A stretch of 63,228 nt of DNA, counting the filler, from Basidiobolus meristosporus CBS 931.73 (taxonomy: Eukaryota > Fungi > Basidiobolomycota), in the NCBI GenBank assembly GCA_002104905.1. It is 3 parts of 3 records of this genome, joined end to end, with 100 filler letters (N's around TTAATTAATTAA, not from the genome) between each part and the next. Parts side by side here need not be neighbours in the genome. Positions count along the whole stretch, not along the records: positions 1 to 27,409 come from MCFE01000904.1; 2 more parts are not named here. One strand, 5' to 3'. Shown one piece after another: positions 1 to 9,768 of the stretch. The position numbers were made by a program, and so were the translations under genes. How positions within the stretch are numbered: the first letter of the stretch is position 1; the number at the start of each line of letters is the position of its first letter. The notes beneath the pieces were generated by a model, which saw only the letters and a list, made by a program, of their open reading frames with translations, had not been told where the DNA came from and did not search any database.

Positions 1-1141
1 GCTTGACACTGTTATGCAAACCATGGTGCAAGCCCAGGTCCATATCTATAGAGAAAGAGCCATGCTGCTTCTGCGCGTGGTGTGCGAGGTATTCTCAGCA
101 ACACATGGGCTGCAGGAGCTAACGATGGAGAATGGCGAAGTAGTAGCAAAGTTTAAAGGGAAGCCAGCTATGCGTAGGAATATAGACGAGCCTCTGGAGA
201 CTTCGCCTGCTTGTGAAGCCTTGACAGCCATTGTGTTTGAACCTAAAGCTAGCACATCCCAAGCTGGTTTGGGCCAATGAATAAATATCCTGTTGCAGAA
301 GGAACAGCGTTGTGTTTTTTAGAATTCACAAAGTGCTATAAAGGTGCGTGCCCAGCGAGGTATAAGGCATTCTCAGGTTGCTTAATCTGTAATACGTATA
401 GATAGTGTGTACGCAGTGTGTATAGATAGATGCACCACGTGACCGGTGTAACTTAAGTATCACAATATAGTGATTAAATAGTATGACGACTCAGCCACAA
501 TTGATTCAACATATTTATACCATAATATTGTATTCACTCCGAATATAAGCATTGGTGAGCGCGATCTAGGCGTAAATAAAGTGTCGTAGTTTCTGTTACA
601 CTGAGGCTATTAGTATTAAGTGCATACATAGTTTGTTCGGGGTATAAGGGTGGATGACAATATTGAGCGGTTACATAAGTATTGCCCATGTGTTCATCCC
701 TTGGTGGTATTGAAAGAATACGATAACCAGTATGTGATTGATAACGTAAAGATACACAAGAGGCATCTTTTGGTTGAGCGGCTAATCTAATATATCATGC
801 TGTTAAGCTTACTATTAATACTGCCATCATCTAAATTATGCAAGATAAAGGCCAATTTTTGAGGCGCTCTTTTGAGGCTCTCGCTGCATTTCTACCCATT
901 TCCGTTTACTAGAGAAATACTAGCCACTTTCTTATAACATAGTATAGGAATCTCTCTACCACGATTAGCATTGCTGTTGACAGAAATCACGTGTTTGTAC
1001 TTATATCATTTATATATATAAGAATCTCTCTGCTATGGCTAGTTTAGTCGCTTATTGCTGTGGAAGACAGAAGGAAAAACGGTTGTATGCTAGCTGCGGC
1101 GCTTATAAATATACTACATTACTCGACTGAGACCCATCAAT

Positions 1142-1154
1142 TTCGTGAAGCTTC
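1142..1154 (+). promoter_or_regulatory. Heat-shock-element-like motif TTCgtGAAgcTTC upstream of family A copy 1
   Basis: Perfect nTTCnnGAAnnTTC triad ~95 bp before the ATG. Also perfect at 6414-6426 and degenerate upstream of the other A copies. Confidence 0.4.
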
Positions 1155-1202
1155 CTAGATACGATGTTTGTTAACCTTCATCTTGGCCGAAAACTGGTTT
1201 TG

Positions 1203-1210
1203 TATATAAA
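1203..1210 (+). promoter_or_regulatory. TATA box (TATATAAA) of family A copy 1
   Basis: 40-47 bp upstream of ATTCACAATG. The same box sits at the same spacing at 9144-9151 and 14256-14263. Confidence 0.65.
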
Positions 1211-1249
1211 TGCTGGTGCTGAGCATTCTTCAAGTAATCAACATTCACA

Positions 1250-1670
1250 ATGTACAAACAACTTACCGCAGCTTGTGCTCTACTAATGGCCGTCAGTGCC
1301 TTTGGAAGTCCCGTGGATGTGTCAAGCACAAATCTCCGATAGGGATCCACAAAGCGGCCAAGTGGTGAAGAAGTTCTCGTCCAACAGGGAAGAGGATGCG
1401 CAGAATATTCGACACTACATCGATGGCATTCTCGGCCAGATGTCAAGGAATACGTTCGATCAGACACTCTCGGATAAGCAAGGAGTCGAGGAAGAGGAGG
1501 GCAATCCTGAAGAGGCCGAGCTATGGGGGAGATCCGGCGGATATGGGCGGCGAAGGGGCAGATACTGGGGACGAGGACGTTACGGTCGTTACGGTGGTTA
1601 TGGAGGTCGGTGGGGATATGGACGCTACGGGGGATATGGAGGGTATGGTGGATGCGACTGGGGTTGCTGA
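1250..1670 (+). pseudogene. Family A secreted GYRW-rich prepropeptide, frameshifted copy (A1)
   Basis: ATG at 1250 (MYKQLTAACALLMAVSAFG). A 17-nt deletion (gtagcgagcgcatccat, present in the 9191 copy) shifts the frame to TAG at 1340-1342. The rest of the gene is near-intact in the ORF-track frame 1296-1670, with a core variant WGRSGG. Confidence 0.9.
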
Positions 1671-1807
1671 GTAAACTCCTTAATAACAAGAATCAAGGCT
1701 TTCATTCACTCCAACAACACCACTTGTCTGTGTGCTTGAATAAAGTACCGTTGCATTTTATCTATTGATAGTGAATGGCCATGTGATTATGACTCTTATT
1801 GAGAATG

Positions 1808-2065
1808 CTAGTTGGCAGAGACTTTCACTGCTTCAACGGTCACTTCTTTTCCGTTGCTTCGAGGTAGTCGCAGCAAACCTGAACCTTTTCCTGTTGCAAT
1901 CTTGCAGAGAAAGGTACAGGATTGCTTTGGCGGAGGGGCTGGGTGGTCCGGGAGTGATGCTTGCGGTATCTACCGTTCCGCAGGTCACGTGCTGGCAAGA
2001 GCTGATATAGATATTCGGGTCAGCAGTGCCACGGTTAAGGAGCAGAGAACGGTATTGAATCGCAT
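1808..2065 (-). pseudogene. Family C secreted-protein pseudogene (C-psi1)
   Basis: Homologous to the intact gene at 7687-8097. Signal-peptide start MRFNTVLCSLTVALL is fused out of frame to exon 2 and stops after 26 codons. Confidence 0.8.
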
Positions 2066-3151
2066 TGTGTGTGTTTCAGCATTGAATTGAATACTGAAGA
2101 GGACTGTATAGAGCTATAAGGGGATAGGAACGGTAGGCAAGGAGAGATAGGTAGAGTTATCATAACAATGAAGGGGAATATTTGATCACTCCTGGGTGTA
2201 TCACCCTTACTTCAGTTTCTAGCCAAGCGAGTCCGTTCCTTGCTACTAAAATCACAAAAAGACTTGAATTACGTGAAGTACGGGTGCTACAACTTTATAG
2301 TATGAGTGGCTTGTTATAGTGTATGTGACTTGGGTTTCTATTTGCTGTAAGTGTAAAACCGGATTGAATGCATGCATATATATTCGTAGAGCGAAATAAC
2401 TCACTGGCTCGTGGTAAAATTTATTCAAAACACAAATCTTTATAGCCTTTCCATTACTGATAGTGGTGGTGAAAGACACGCCCGGTTGGTGCGTAGATAA
2501 GGTGAAAGGCTTTACCAGCTTAGGTATTTATCCCAAGTGACATGTAAGTATTACTGCTTAGTGAAAGGTTGCACGAGGTCGGGCTAGAGACGTGGGGACG
2601 AAACTGGAGAGATACGCGATAAGAGACGGGGATTAAGCCCTATTGAACCGCCATCTCTCCCTACAATGGCTGTCCCTCACCGCCTTCCATACGAGGATTC
2701 TGATTTAACCTCTCGTCTGCCCTACAACACGGATAAGATCTTGTGATCATCTGATCTTTGTGGAGAATATCTTATGAGCGCTTGCTTAATAACCATGATG
2801 GATATGGTAGATAAATGCACTCATGTTGGAGTATCTATCACATGAAGCTGGCAGCATTCTACTTGTCAAGTTATTACTGACTGATACTTATAAGGTTCAT
2901 TGCAGTCACACTCAAAAATTATTATCAGCACCTACGATGAACTTACTTACAAGCAAGCTATATGCACTGTCAGATAAGTACAGAAGTATACTAATTTCTA
3001 TATTATAGCATCCTAACTTTAAGCTTATTTATTCCTCGTTCAGCTGACCTATACTTGAGGATGTATTGCGTAACTGACTAAGAATAAACACTGGAGTTGG
3101 ATGTAGATAGATCGGATCAAGAGATGTTTTAATCAACCGTGCCACTCTTTA

Positions 3152-3421
3152 ATGTATATGAGTTGTGGCAGCAACGGAAGGGGATACGGTGATAGGATAC
3201 ATTGGTACATGGAGATGGCGAATGCCGACCAAGGAGTCGAGGAAGAGGAGGGCAATCCTGAAGAGGCCCAGCTATGGGGGAGATACGGCGGGTATGGGCG
3301 GTGGAGGGGCAGATACTGGGGACGAGGACGTTACGGTCGCTACGGTGGTTATGGAGGTCGGTGGGGATATGGACGCTACGGGAGATATGGAGGGTATGGT
3401 GGATGCGACTGGGGTTGCTGA
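3152..3421 (+). CDS. Leaderless chimeric family A ORF (89 aa); expression uncertain
   Basis: The 3' part (ADQGVEEEEG...CDWGC) is an A gene. The 5' part (up to ~3219) matches non-coding DNA upstream of B genes (cf. 5116-5175). No signal peptide. The core is intact. Confidence 0.45.
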   Translation: MYMSCGSNGRGYGDRIHWYMEMANADQGVEEEEGNPEEAQLWGRYGGYGRWRGRYWGRGRYGRYGGYGGRWGYGRYGRYGGYGGCDWGC

Positions 3422-3525
3422 ATAATAAGAGTCAAGGCTTTCATTCACTCCAGCAACGAATAAAGTACTGTCGCATTTTATCTATCGATAGTGAATGGTC
3501 ATATGTATAACTCTTATTGTAAATG

Positions 3526-3760
3526 CTACTTGGCGGAGACGCCTACTTCTTTTCCGTTATTTGGAAGCAGTCGCAACAATCCTGTTCCTTTTCCTGTTGC
3601 AGTCTTACAGAGAAGGGTACATGATTGCTTTGGCGGAGGTGCTGGATGGTCCAAAAGTGATGCTTGCGGTATCTACCGGTCACGTGTTAGCATGAGCCGA
3701 GGTTGATACGCGGGTTAGCAATGCCACGGTTAAGGAGCAGAGAACGGTATTGAATCGCAC
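3526..3760 (-). pseudogene. Family C pseudogene (C-psi2)
   Basis: Homology to 7687-8097. ATG is mutated to GTG, with internal TGA and TAA stops. Confidence 0.75.
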
Positions 3761-4175
3761 TGTGTGTGTTTTACCGTCAAATCGAATATTAAATACGATT
3801 GTATAGAGCTATAAGGGGATAAGCCCGGTTGGCAAGGAGAGACAGGCAGTGAAGGGGAATATTCTATTAGAGTACTTTTTTCAGTCTTGGGAGTGCGCAT
3901 ATGATGCTAATCCATCATTCTTACTTCAGTTTCTAGCCAAGAGAGCCCATTTCTTGCTACTAGTAACATAAAAAGACTTGAATCACTACAATTTTATCGT
4001 GTGTATGACTTGATATAGTGTGTGTGGCTTGGGTTTCTATACGTAAACAAATGACATAGTTGCTACAAGTGCAAAAGCTGATTAAATGCATGCATATATT
4101 CGTAGAGTGAAATAACTCATTGGAATCTCTATAGTCTTACCGTTAGGCATATGACTGATAGTGGTGGTGAAAGAT

Positions 4176-4219
4176 GATGCCCAGTTGATGCCCCGTTGAT
4201 GCCCCGTTGATGCCCCGTT
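4176..4219. repeat. 11-bp VNTR (GATGCCCCGTT) x4
   Basis: Four tandem units between GAAAGAT and GATGCGTAG. Confidence 0.95.
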
Positions 4220-5441
4220 GATGCGTAGATAAGCCTTTCATACGAGGATTCTGATTCAAAACACGGATTTTTGAGATTTTTCAGCTTTGTGGAGTGTATC
4301 TTTTGAGCGTTTGTTCAATAACCATGATGGCTATGGTAGATAAATACACTCATGTTAGAGTATCTACCGCATCAAGCTACTAGTCAAGTTATTACTTACA
4401 CTCTGATCACTGACTGACACTTAGACCATCATATCTGTGGTGTATAGAAGACCATAAGGTTCATTGTAGTCATTCTCAGCAGAAATACTCTGACCTCAGC
4501 ACTCACTGCTATGAACAGTTCTTCCTTCACTAAAGTCTCAATAGACTGTGATATTGACATGCTGGTATAGGTGATGCATGCTTTGTACAGTTCTCCATGG
4601 TTAAGTGCGGTAGGCCTCTACTTTCTTCATTTTAGACCCCACCAGAACCTTGGCTCGCTTCTAAATCAGTGTCGTACTAGTAGCATTCAGGTGCCATATC
4701 AATTATCGTATATTCTCCACAATATCCCGATATTTGAAGAGCTCATTTGAGATATTCACAAATAAGAATGAAAATGTGATCCTTGAGGCAATAAATGGTT
4801 GTCATTTAGTAACAATGACAGTACTTGAACCGCAACCCCTTCCAATATCAGCTAGCATGAACTTACAACAAGCTGTATGCACTGAGAATATATTAGATAA
4901 GTACACTAATTATTATATTGTCGCAGCCTAACTTGGAGCTTACTGAACCACCGTTAAGCTGAGCTATACACCAAATAAGTATATACTTCAGGATGTACTG
5001 CGGCAGGTTGACTGTATGCATAACCGACTATGATTAAATAATGGAGTTGGCTCAAGAGATGTCATCAACCATGCCGTTCTTTAGTAAATAGGACGATGTA
5101 AGGGGAGTTATGACATCAAAGGAAGGGGATAACGACGCTACAGTGACAGGATATATTGGTACATGGAGATGGCTGCAACTGGAGGTACAGACTCGTCAAC
5201 ACTCGGTTCACACAATCAATATCAACATATCTGCTAAACAAATGATCTTTTTAAGCTTTGAGTTGTGTTATGCGTGTTTGATTGAATGAAGAGCCACTAA
5301 ACAGCTTCTATTGAACGACCATATGGATCACCCGCAGCGCTTCCCACTGAAGGCAGAGGTGAAGTTGAGTGTCTTTAATCAGCTTCTGCTGTGCGGGTAT
5401 ATATATTCATAATCGGCTCGAGTGCTTCATTCAGATTCACA

Positions 5442-5861
5442 ATGTACAAACACTTCTCCATCACCTTTGCTCTCCTAATTGCCTCATGTGCAGTGGCAAT
5501 TCCTGTGCAGCCAGAAGTAACCAATGTAGCAAGTGCTTCCATCTCCATCCGGGACCCACAAAGCGGAAAAATGATAACACAATTCCAATCCACAAAAGAC
5601 GAAGATGCTCGTGCCCTTCTTGACGACATATTCGGTCAAATTTCAGGCGGTGGGTTGGCAAATGAACAAGTATCTCCTACAAGTGAAGACAATGACTCTG
5701 AAGAGGCCGAGCTTTGGGGCAGATATGGTGGCTATGGAAGGTGGGGGAGCAGATACTGGGGACGGGGACGTTACGGTCGCTATGGTGGCTACGGAGGCCG
5801 ATGGGGATATGGGCGCTACGGGGGATATGGTGGCTATGGTGGATGCGACTGGGGTTGCTAA
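5442..5861 (+). CDS. Family B secreted GYRW-rich prepropeptide (B1), 139 aa
   Basis: ATG in the conserved ATTCACAATG context. Hydrophobic signal MYKHFSITFALLIASCAVA, acidic linker, core LWGRYGGYGRWGSRYW...GGCDWGC. TATATA upstream and AATAAA downstream. Confidence 0.9.
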   Translation: MYKHFSITFALLIASCAVAIPVQPEVTNVASASISIRDPQSGKMITQFQSTKDEDARALLDDIFGQISGGGLANEQVSPTSEDNDSEEAELWGRYGGYGRWGSRYWGRGRYGRYGGYGGRWGYGRYGGYGGYGGCDWGC

Positions 5862-6060
5862 TACACTACATCCTTACGTTAAATAAACATCATAATGTCA
5901 ATGCTTCAATCTAAACCTCATCGCAATTAATAGAAGCCGCTCAGTGATGCTTACCAAGCTGCGGTAGGGAGAGAAAGTCAGATATGTGTATAGATAAGGT
6001 GGATGTCTAGGCAAAGATAAGTCTTATTGCAGTTTGGCAGTCGATTATCTTCCTAAATGG

Positions 6061-6130
6061 TGCCAATCTTTACCTTCAAATGCTGACAATTTTTATCTTC
6101 AATGCTGTCAATCTTTACTTTTCAATGGTG
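6061..6130. repeat. Three imperfect ~23-bp direct repeats in the B-A intergenic region
   Basis: Unit ~CAATYTTTAYCTTYAATGC repeated three times. Also present at ~14016-14085. Confidence 0.7.
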
Positions 6131-6491
6131 TGCTGTTAGTAAAGTGATTTTTTTCGCTTCATATTTGCCTAATCTTCCATGAATGCCGTCTATAGCTTTC
6201 TTATATTCATGTGGTGCTGTCGACCTGGACTGTACGAACCATTTTACTTTACGTTCTGCTTTCTAGAGTATCTAATGGTCTGACTACTACTAATATGACG
6301 ATTAATTAGTATATACTCATGGTGACACTATTCTAGAGGCTCTTATTGTATCTTCCTAATGCCTGTAGAATAGATGCAAAATATAATATATCGTTCGTCC
6401 GAAACCCATCAATTTCGCGAAGCTTCCTAGATGTGATGTCTATAAACCTCCATCTTGGCCAAAAGCTGTATTGAAGTATTCAACATTCACA

Positions 6492-6941
6492 ATGTACAAA
6501 CAACTTACCGCAGCCTGTGCTCTACTAATGGTCGTCAGTGCCTTTGGAGCTCCCGTGGATGTGTCAAACACAAATGTAGCGAGCGCATCCATCTCTGATA
6601 GGGACCCACAAAGCGGCCAAGTGGTGAAGAAGTTCTCGTCCAACAGGGAGGAGGATGCGCAGAATATTCGACACTACATCGATGGCATTCTCGGCCAGAT
6701 GTCAAGGAATACGTTTGATCAGACTCTCTCGAGCAAGCAAGGCGCCGATCAAGGAGTTGAGGAAGAGGAGGGCAATCCAGAAGAGGCCGAGCTATGGGGT
6801 AGATACGGCGGATATGGGCGTCGGAGGGGCAGATACTGGGGACGAGGACGTTACGGTCGCTACGGTGGTTATGGAGGTCGGTGGGGGTATGGACGCTACG
6901 GGGGATATGGAGGGTATGGTGGATGCGACTGGGGTTGCTGA
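6492..6941 (+). CDS. Family A secreted GYRW-rich prepropeptide (A3), 149 aa
   Basis: Intact ORF from the ATG at 6492 (the ORF track extends it to an upstream TTG). Signal peptide, pro-domain, EEEEG linker and CDWGC core are all present. Confidence 0.9.
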   Translation: MYKQLTAACALLMVVSAFGAPVDVSNTNVASASISDRDPQSGQVVKKFSSNREEDAQNIRHYIDGILGQMSRNTFDQTLSSKQGADQGVEEEEGNPEEAELWGRYGGYGRRRGRYWGRGRYGRYGGYGGRWGYGRYGGYGGYGGCDWGC

Positions 6942-7070
6942 GTAAACTCCTTAATAACAAGAATCAAGGCTTTCATTCACTCCAACAACACCACTTGTCT
7001 GTGTGCTTGAATAAAGTACCGTTGCATTGTATCTATCGATAGTGAATGGCCATGTGATTATGACTCTTAT

Positions 7071-7351
7071 TTAGAGTGATAGCTGGCAGAGACCCTCACT
7101 GCTCCAAAGGTCACTTCTTTTCCGTTCTTCGCGATGTGTGTCTCGGGTTGTTTGGAGGTAATCGTAGCAATCCTGTTCCTTTTCCTGTTGCAATCTTGCA
7201 GAGAAGGGTACGGGATCGCTTTGGCGGAGGTGCTGGGCGGTCCGGAAGTGATGCTTGCGGTATCTACCGGTCACGTGTTGGCATGAGCCGAGGCTGGTAT
7301 GCAGGTTAGCAGTGCCACGGTTAAGGAGCAGAGAACGGTTTTGTATCGCAT
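7071..7351 (-). pseudogene. Family C pseudogene (C-psi3) with restored frame and one internal TGA
   Basis: Reads MRYKTVLCSLTVALLTCIPASAHANT*PVDTASITSG...GAVRVSASYHSK. An 8-nt deletion puts the exon-2 sequence back in frame behind a single TGA. Confidence 0.75.
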
Positions 7352-7686
7352 TGTGTGTGTTTCACCGTTGAATCGAATACTGAAGAGGACTGTATAGAGC
7401 TATAAGGAGATAAGCACGGTTGGCAAGGAGAGACAGGCAGAGCTACCATAACAATGAAGGGGAGCATCACCCTTACTTCAGTTTCTAGCTAAGAGAGCCC
7501 GTTCCTTGCTACTAGTATCGCCACGGTGGATACACTCCATTCATCTTTTGCTCAGAATGATGTGTAGGCATATTCTAGGCTTTCGTTCACTAGTCTGTTA
7601 CAGTTGCTCTTTCATTCTGGCTGTGTATATCTAATGGGATGCATTCTTTATCACTCCTGGCTAAACAATGCGGTTTATTGAGGATG

Positions 7687-8097
7687 CTAGCTGACAGATA
7701 CTCTTACTGCTCCAACAGTCACTTCTTTTCCGTTCTTCGCGATAGGCACCTCGAGTTGTTTGGATGTTATAGCAGCTATCCTGTTCCTGCGATTGTAACA
7801 ATCTTGCAGAGAAGGATACAGGACGGCTTGAGCAGAGGTACTGGGAGATTCAGGGGTGATGCTGGAGTAGGTCACACGTTGGCATGAGCCAGCCGAGAAT
7901 GGTAGTTGTTGTGCAGTATCTTCAGGAGTATTCACCAACTCTACATTGTAAGTATTTGGTTAGTAAGGCTCACTGGTTGCGGCTAGTTGGGTTATATACT
8001 GATACATACTTAGTAACGCACTAGAGGATTGTGCTGAAGTTGTCGTGCCGGCTAGTAGTGCCATGGTCAAGGAGCAGAAAACGGTACTGAATCGCAT
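7687..8097 (-). CDS. Family C small secreted protein, 113 aa, two exons (8097-8010 and 7940-7687), not called by the ORF track
   Basis: Exon 1 encodes MRFSTVFCSLTMALLAGTTTSAQSSSALL. The 69-nt intron (8009-7941) has GTATGT, a TACTAAC branch point (7965-7959) and TAG. Splicing joins exon 1 in frame to the 83-aa ORF 7938-7687. Confidence 0.85.
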
Positions 8098-8756
8098 TGT
8101 GTGTGCCTCTGTGTGTATGCCTGATGAATAAGGTGAACATTACAAGCGATTTTATAGGAAATTAGCCCGGCTTGTAAGGAGAGACAGGCTGAGCTACCAT
8201 GATGAAGCGGAATATTCTTTATTATTCACCAAATTCGCTTTGGGCTAAGCACTTTTTTTAAAGGAGAAACCATCGAACTCAAGTGATGATCCTTGTATTG
8301 TTCGATGACTAGTGTTAGCCTGCATATGTGGCATGGATGCGTTGCCTGCTCGCTTCCATTAGTATCGTAACGCCGAATATGGTGAGTGCGATCTAGGCGT
8401 AAATAAAGTGTTGTAGTTTCTGTTACACTGAGGCTTTAAATTTTGAGTGCATGCTTAGTATATAGGCATTGCCCATTTGTAGCCCACTCATTCATCTCCT
8501 GATGAAGGAATCAGATGGTGGTGATGACTTCTGGTGAAGAACGGCAAATGGTGGTGGTCAAAGAAAAAGATGACCAGTATGGGATTGATAACGTAAAATA
8601 TACACGAGGGGAGGCTCCGTTTATTCTTTGGTGTTCACCATGCGCAAGTACTTTTCCATCGCTCTAATACTTTTTAATGTGACAAGTGTGTCCATCTCTT
8701 CTCCAAAGTCGGGAAACGGTGTGTAGGAAGAAGGTGCTCGCACCAGAGAGGGCAGG

Positions 8757-8830
8757 TGACGAGGTCGTTATGGTCACTTCGGGGACTATGATGGTCGCTG
8801 GGAACTTGGAGGGTTTGCTTGAGCTGCTAA
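8757..8830 (+). pseudogene. Relic of an older, diverged GYRW-core paralogue
   Basis: Reads *RGRYGHFGDYDGRWELG, collinear with GRGRYGRYGGYGGRWGYG, and ends in ...CTGCTAA like the B genes. Confidence 0.55.
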
Positions 8831-9190
8831 TTTAATACATCATGCTGTTAAGCTTACTACTAATATTGCGATCATCCACAACTCTAAATCATGCAAAATA
8901 AATGCCAATTTTTGAGGCTCTCTTTTGAGGCTCTCGCTGTTTATCTACCCATTTCCGTTTACGAGATAAACACTTGCCACTTTCATATAACATAGTATAG
9001 AAATCTCTATACCACGACTAGTGTTGTTGTTAACAGAAATCGAGTGTTTGTACTTTGGCTGCGGTGGTTGCCTCCGAAATATACTACATCATTTGACTGA
9101 AGCTTCCTAGATGCGATATCAATCAACCTCCATCTTGTATGTGTATATAAAGACTGGTGCTGAGCTTTATTTGAGTATTCAACATTCACA

Positions 9191-9640
9191 ATGTACAAAC
9201 AACTTACCGCAGCTTGTGCTCTACTAGTGGCCGTCAATGCCTTTGGAAGTCCCGTGGATGTGTCAAGCACAAATGTAGCGAGCGCATCCATCTCCGATAG
9301 GGATCCACAAAGTGGCCAAGTGGTGAAGAGGTTCTCGTCCAACAAGGAGGAGGATGCGCAGAATATTCGACACTACATCGATGGCATTCTCGGCCAGATG
9401 TCAAGAAATACGTTCGATCAGACCCTCTCGGATAAGCAAGACGCCGACCAAGATGTCGAGGAAGAGGAGGGCAATCCAGAAGAGGCCCAGCTATGGGGGA
9501 GATACGGTGGATATGGGCGGCGGAGGGGCAGATACTGGGGACGAGGACACTACGGTCGCTACGGTGGTTATGGAGGTCGATGGGGATATGGACGCTACGG
9601 GGGATATGGATGGTATGGTGGATGCGACTGGGGTTGCTAA
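9191..9640 (+). CDS. Family A secreted GYRW-rich prepropeptide (A4), 149 aa
   Basis: Intact ORF with TATA box at 9144-9151. Core variants GRGH and GWY. Confidence 0.9.
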   Translation: MYKQLTAACALLVAVNAFGSPVDVSSTNVASASISDRDPQSGQVVKRFSSNKEEDAQNIRHYIDGILGQMSRNTFDQTLSDKQDADQDVEEEEGNPEEAQLWGRYGGYGRRRGRYWGRGHYGRYGGYGGRWGYGRYGGYGWYGGCDWGC

Positions 9641-9768
9641 ATAATAAGAATCAAGGCTTTCATTCCACTCCAACAACACAGACTTGTCTAGTGTGCTTGA
9701 ATAAAGTACCGTTGCATTGTATCTATCGATAGTGAATGGCCATGTGATTATGACTCTTATTGAGAATG

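Noticed and set aside
14-280. 88-aa ORF at the window start as a gene
   Set aside because: No recognisable motif or paralogue in the window. It may be the tail of an upstream gene but cannot be supported.
5847-5861. C-terminal prenylation signal in CDWGC
   Set aside because: Cysteine spacing fits neither CaaX nor CC/CXC, and the protein enters the secretory pathway.
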